Part shown: in pieces, positions 63,429-64,000 of the stretch
Position numbering within the stretch: the first letter of the stretch is position 1
How the letters are laid out: each line of letters begins with the position of its first letter
Assembly: GCA_041651195.1 (NCBI GenBank)
Contig: JBAZJR010000002.1
Location: 117,857-181,856 of the forward strand
Reading direction: 5' to 3'
From: Patescibacteria group bacterium
GTDB lineage: Bacteria > Patescibacteriota > Patescibacteriia > Patescibacteriales > UBA12465
Length of the DNA: 64,000 bases
Made by a program: the position numbers and the translations under genes
The notes under the pieces: generated by a model
The model's database searches: none
The model's input: only the letters and a program-made list of their open reading frames with translations
What the model was told of the DNA's origin: nothing

Positions 63429-64000
63429 TTACAAGATCGGATAATTATTAATCCGGTCTTTTTTCTTTTCTAAAACGCCTTCCAGACCGAAAGGGAGAGC
63501 CTGATCAATCTTGACTTTAACAAACTGTCCGATCAATCCATCCTTAATCTTAAACGCCGCTGGCACATTGATCAAGACCGTATTATAAGCGCCGGTCTTG
63601 CCGTAATACTTGCCGCGCTTATTCTGCCCTTCCACCAAGACCTCGACACTCTTGCCTAAATATTTCTGATTATTCTGCCCGGCGGTCTGTTTTAAAATTT
63701 CATTTACGGCATTAGCTCGCCGCTTCTTTTCCGCCGGGCTGACATTATCTTTCATCTTGGCCGAAGCTGTGCCGGGCCGCGGACTGTACTGGGCGATATA
63801 AGCCAAGTCAAAATTAACCTCTTTAAATAATTTAACAGTATTCAAGAATTGCGCCTTGGTCTCGCCCGGGAAACCGACGATGACGTCGGTCGTGATCGCG
63901 ATGCCGGGCCGCGCGGCTCGGACTTTCTTGATCAATTTCTTATAACTCGCCGCGGTATACTTACGATTCATCGCCGCTAGGATCTTATCATCGCCGGATT
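63429..64000 (-). CDS. miaB: tRNA-i6A37 methylthiotransferase MiaB, C-terminal part (gene runs off the window end)
   Basis: The frame stays open to position 64000 (...SGDDKILAAMNRKYT...). 'TTDVIVGFPGET', 'YSPRPGT', and a C-terminal TRAM-like domain. Confidence 0.85.
   Translation of the reverse strand, partial: SGDDKILAAMNRKYTAASYKKLIKKVRAARPGIAITTDVIVGFPGETKAQFLNTVKLFKEVNFDLAYIAQYSPRPGTASAKMKDNVSPAEKKRRANAVNEILKQTAGQNNQKYLGKSVEVLVEGQNKRGKYYGKTGAYNTVLINVPAAFKIKDGLIGQFVKVKIDQALPFGLEGVLEKKKDRINNYPIL

Noticed and set aside
1-64000. CRISPR arrays, rRNA genes, transposases and integrases
   Set aside because: I found no regularly spaced repeats, no rRNA-like sequence, and no ORF with transposase or integrase motifs.

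Overview
The window is 64 kb of densely packed, mostly housekeeping bacterial DNA. It uses the standard genetic code; TGA acts as a stop, for example at the end of clpB. The gene content looks like a small-genome Patescibacteria/CPR-type organism, but that is inference only.

Recognisable content:
- A glycolytic block: tpiA, pgk, eno and a trimmed iPGM-like gene.
- Replication and repair genes: gyrB, dnaB, ybaB-recR, mutM.
- Chaperones: clpB plus a membrane-anchored Clp paralog.
- Cell-envelope genes: murA, an MraY/WecA-like transferase, an L,D-transpeptidase, galU and three GT2 genes.
- A compact dTTP-synthesis module: dCMP deaminase, a long ThyX, a P-loop kinase and a Tmk-Dut fusion.
- tRNA-modification and translation genes: queH, yhhQ, miaA, miaB, fmt, def, gatB, rpmG, rplU.
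- A histidine kinase / binding protein / two-receiver cluster.
- Six tRNA genes.

The strongest signal is a complete diversity-generating retroelement (DGR) at 46486..49006. It has a reverse transcriptase, an Avd-like four-helix-bundle gene, and a 106-bp TR/VR pair whose 11 mismatches all fall on TR adenines. Its layout is unusual because avd is inverted between TR and the RT.

Other points worth a second look:
- A tRNA-Trp(CCA) with a non-canonical T-loop and D-loop, the only tRNA here with an encoded CCA.
- A 102-nt three-tier hairpin that abuts tRNA-Thr.
- Duplicated and inverted fragments of the tRNA-Glu 3' end, which look like attachment-site scars.
- Several visibly lower-GC orphan cassettes driven by near-consensus promoters.

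I saw no CRISPR array, rRNA, transposase or integrase.
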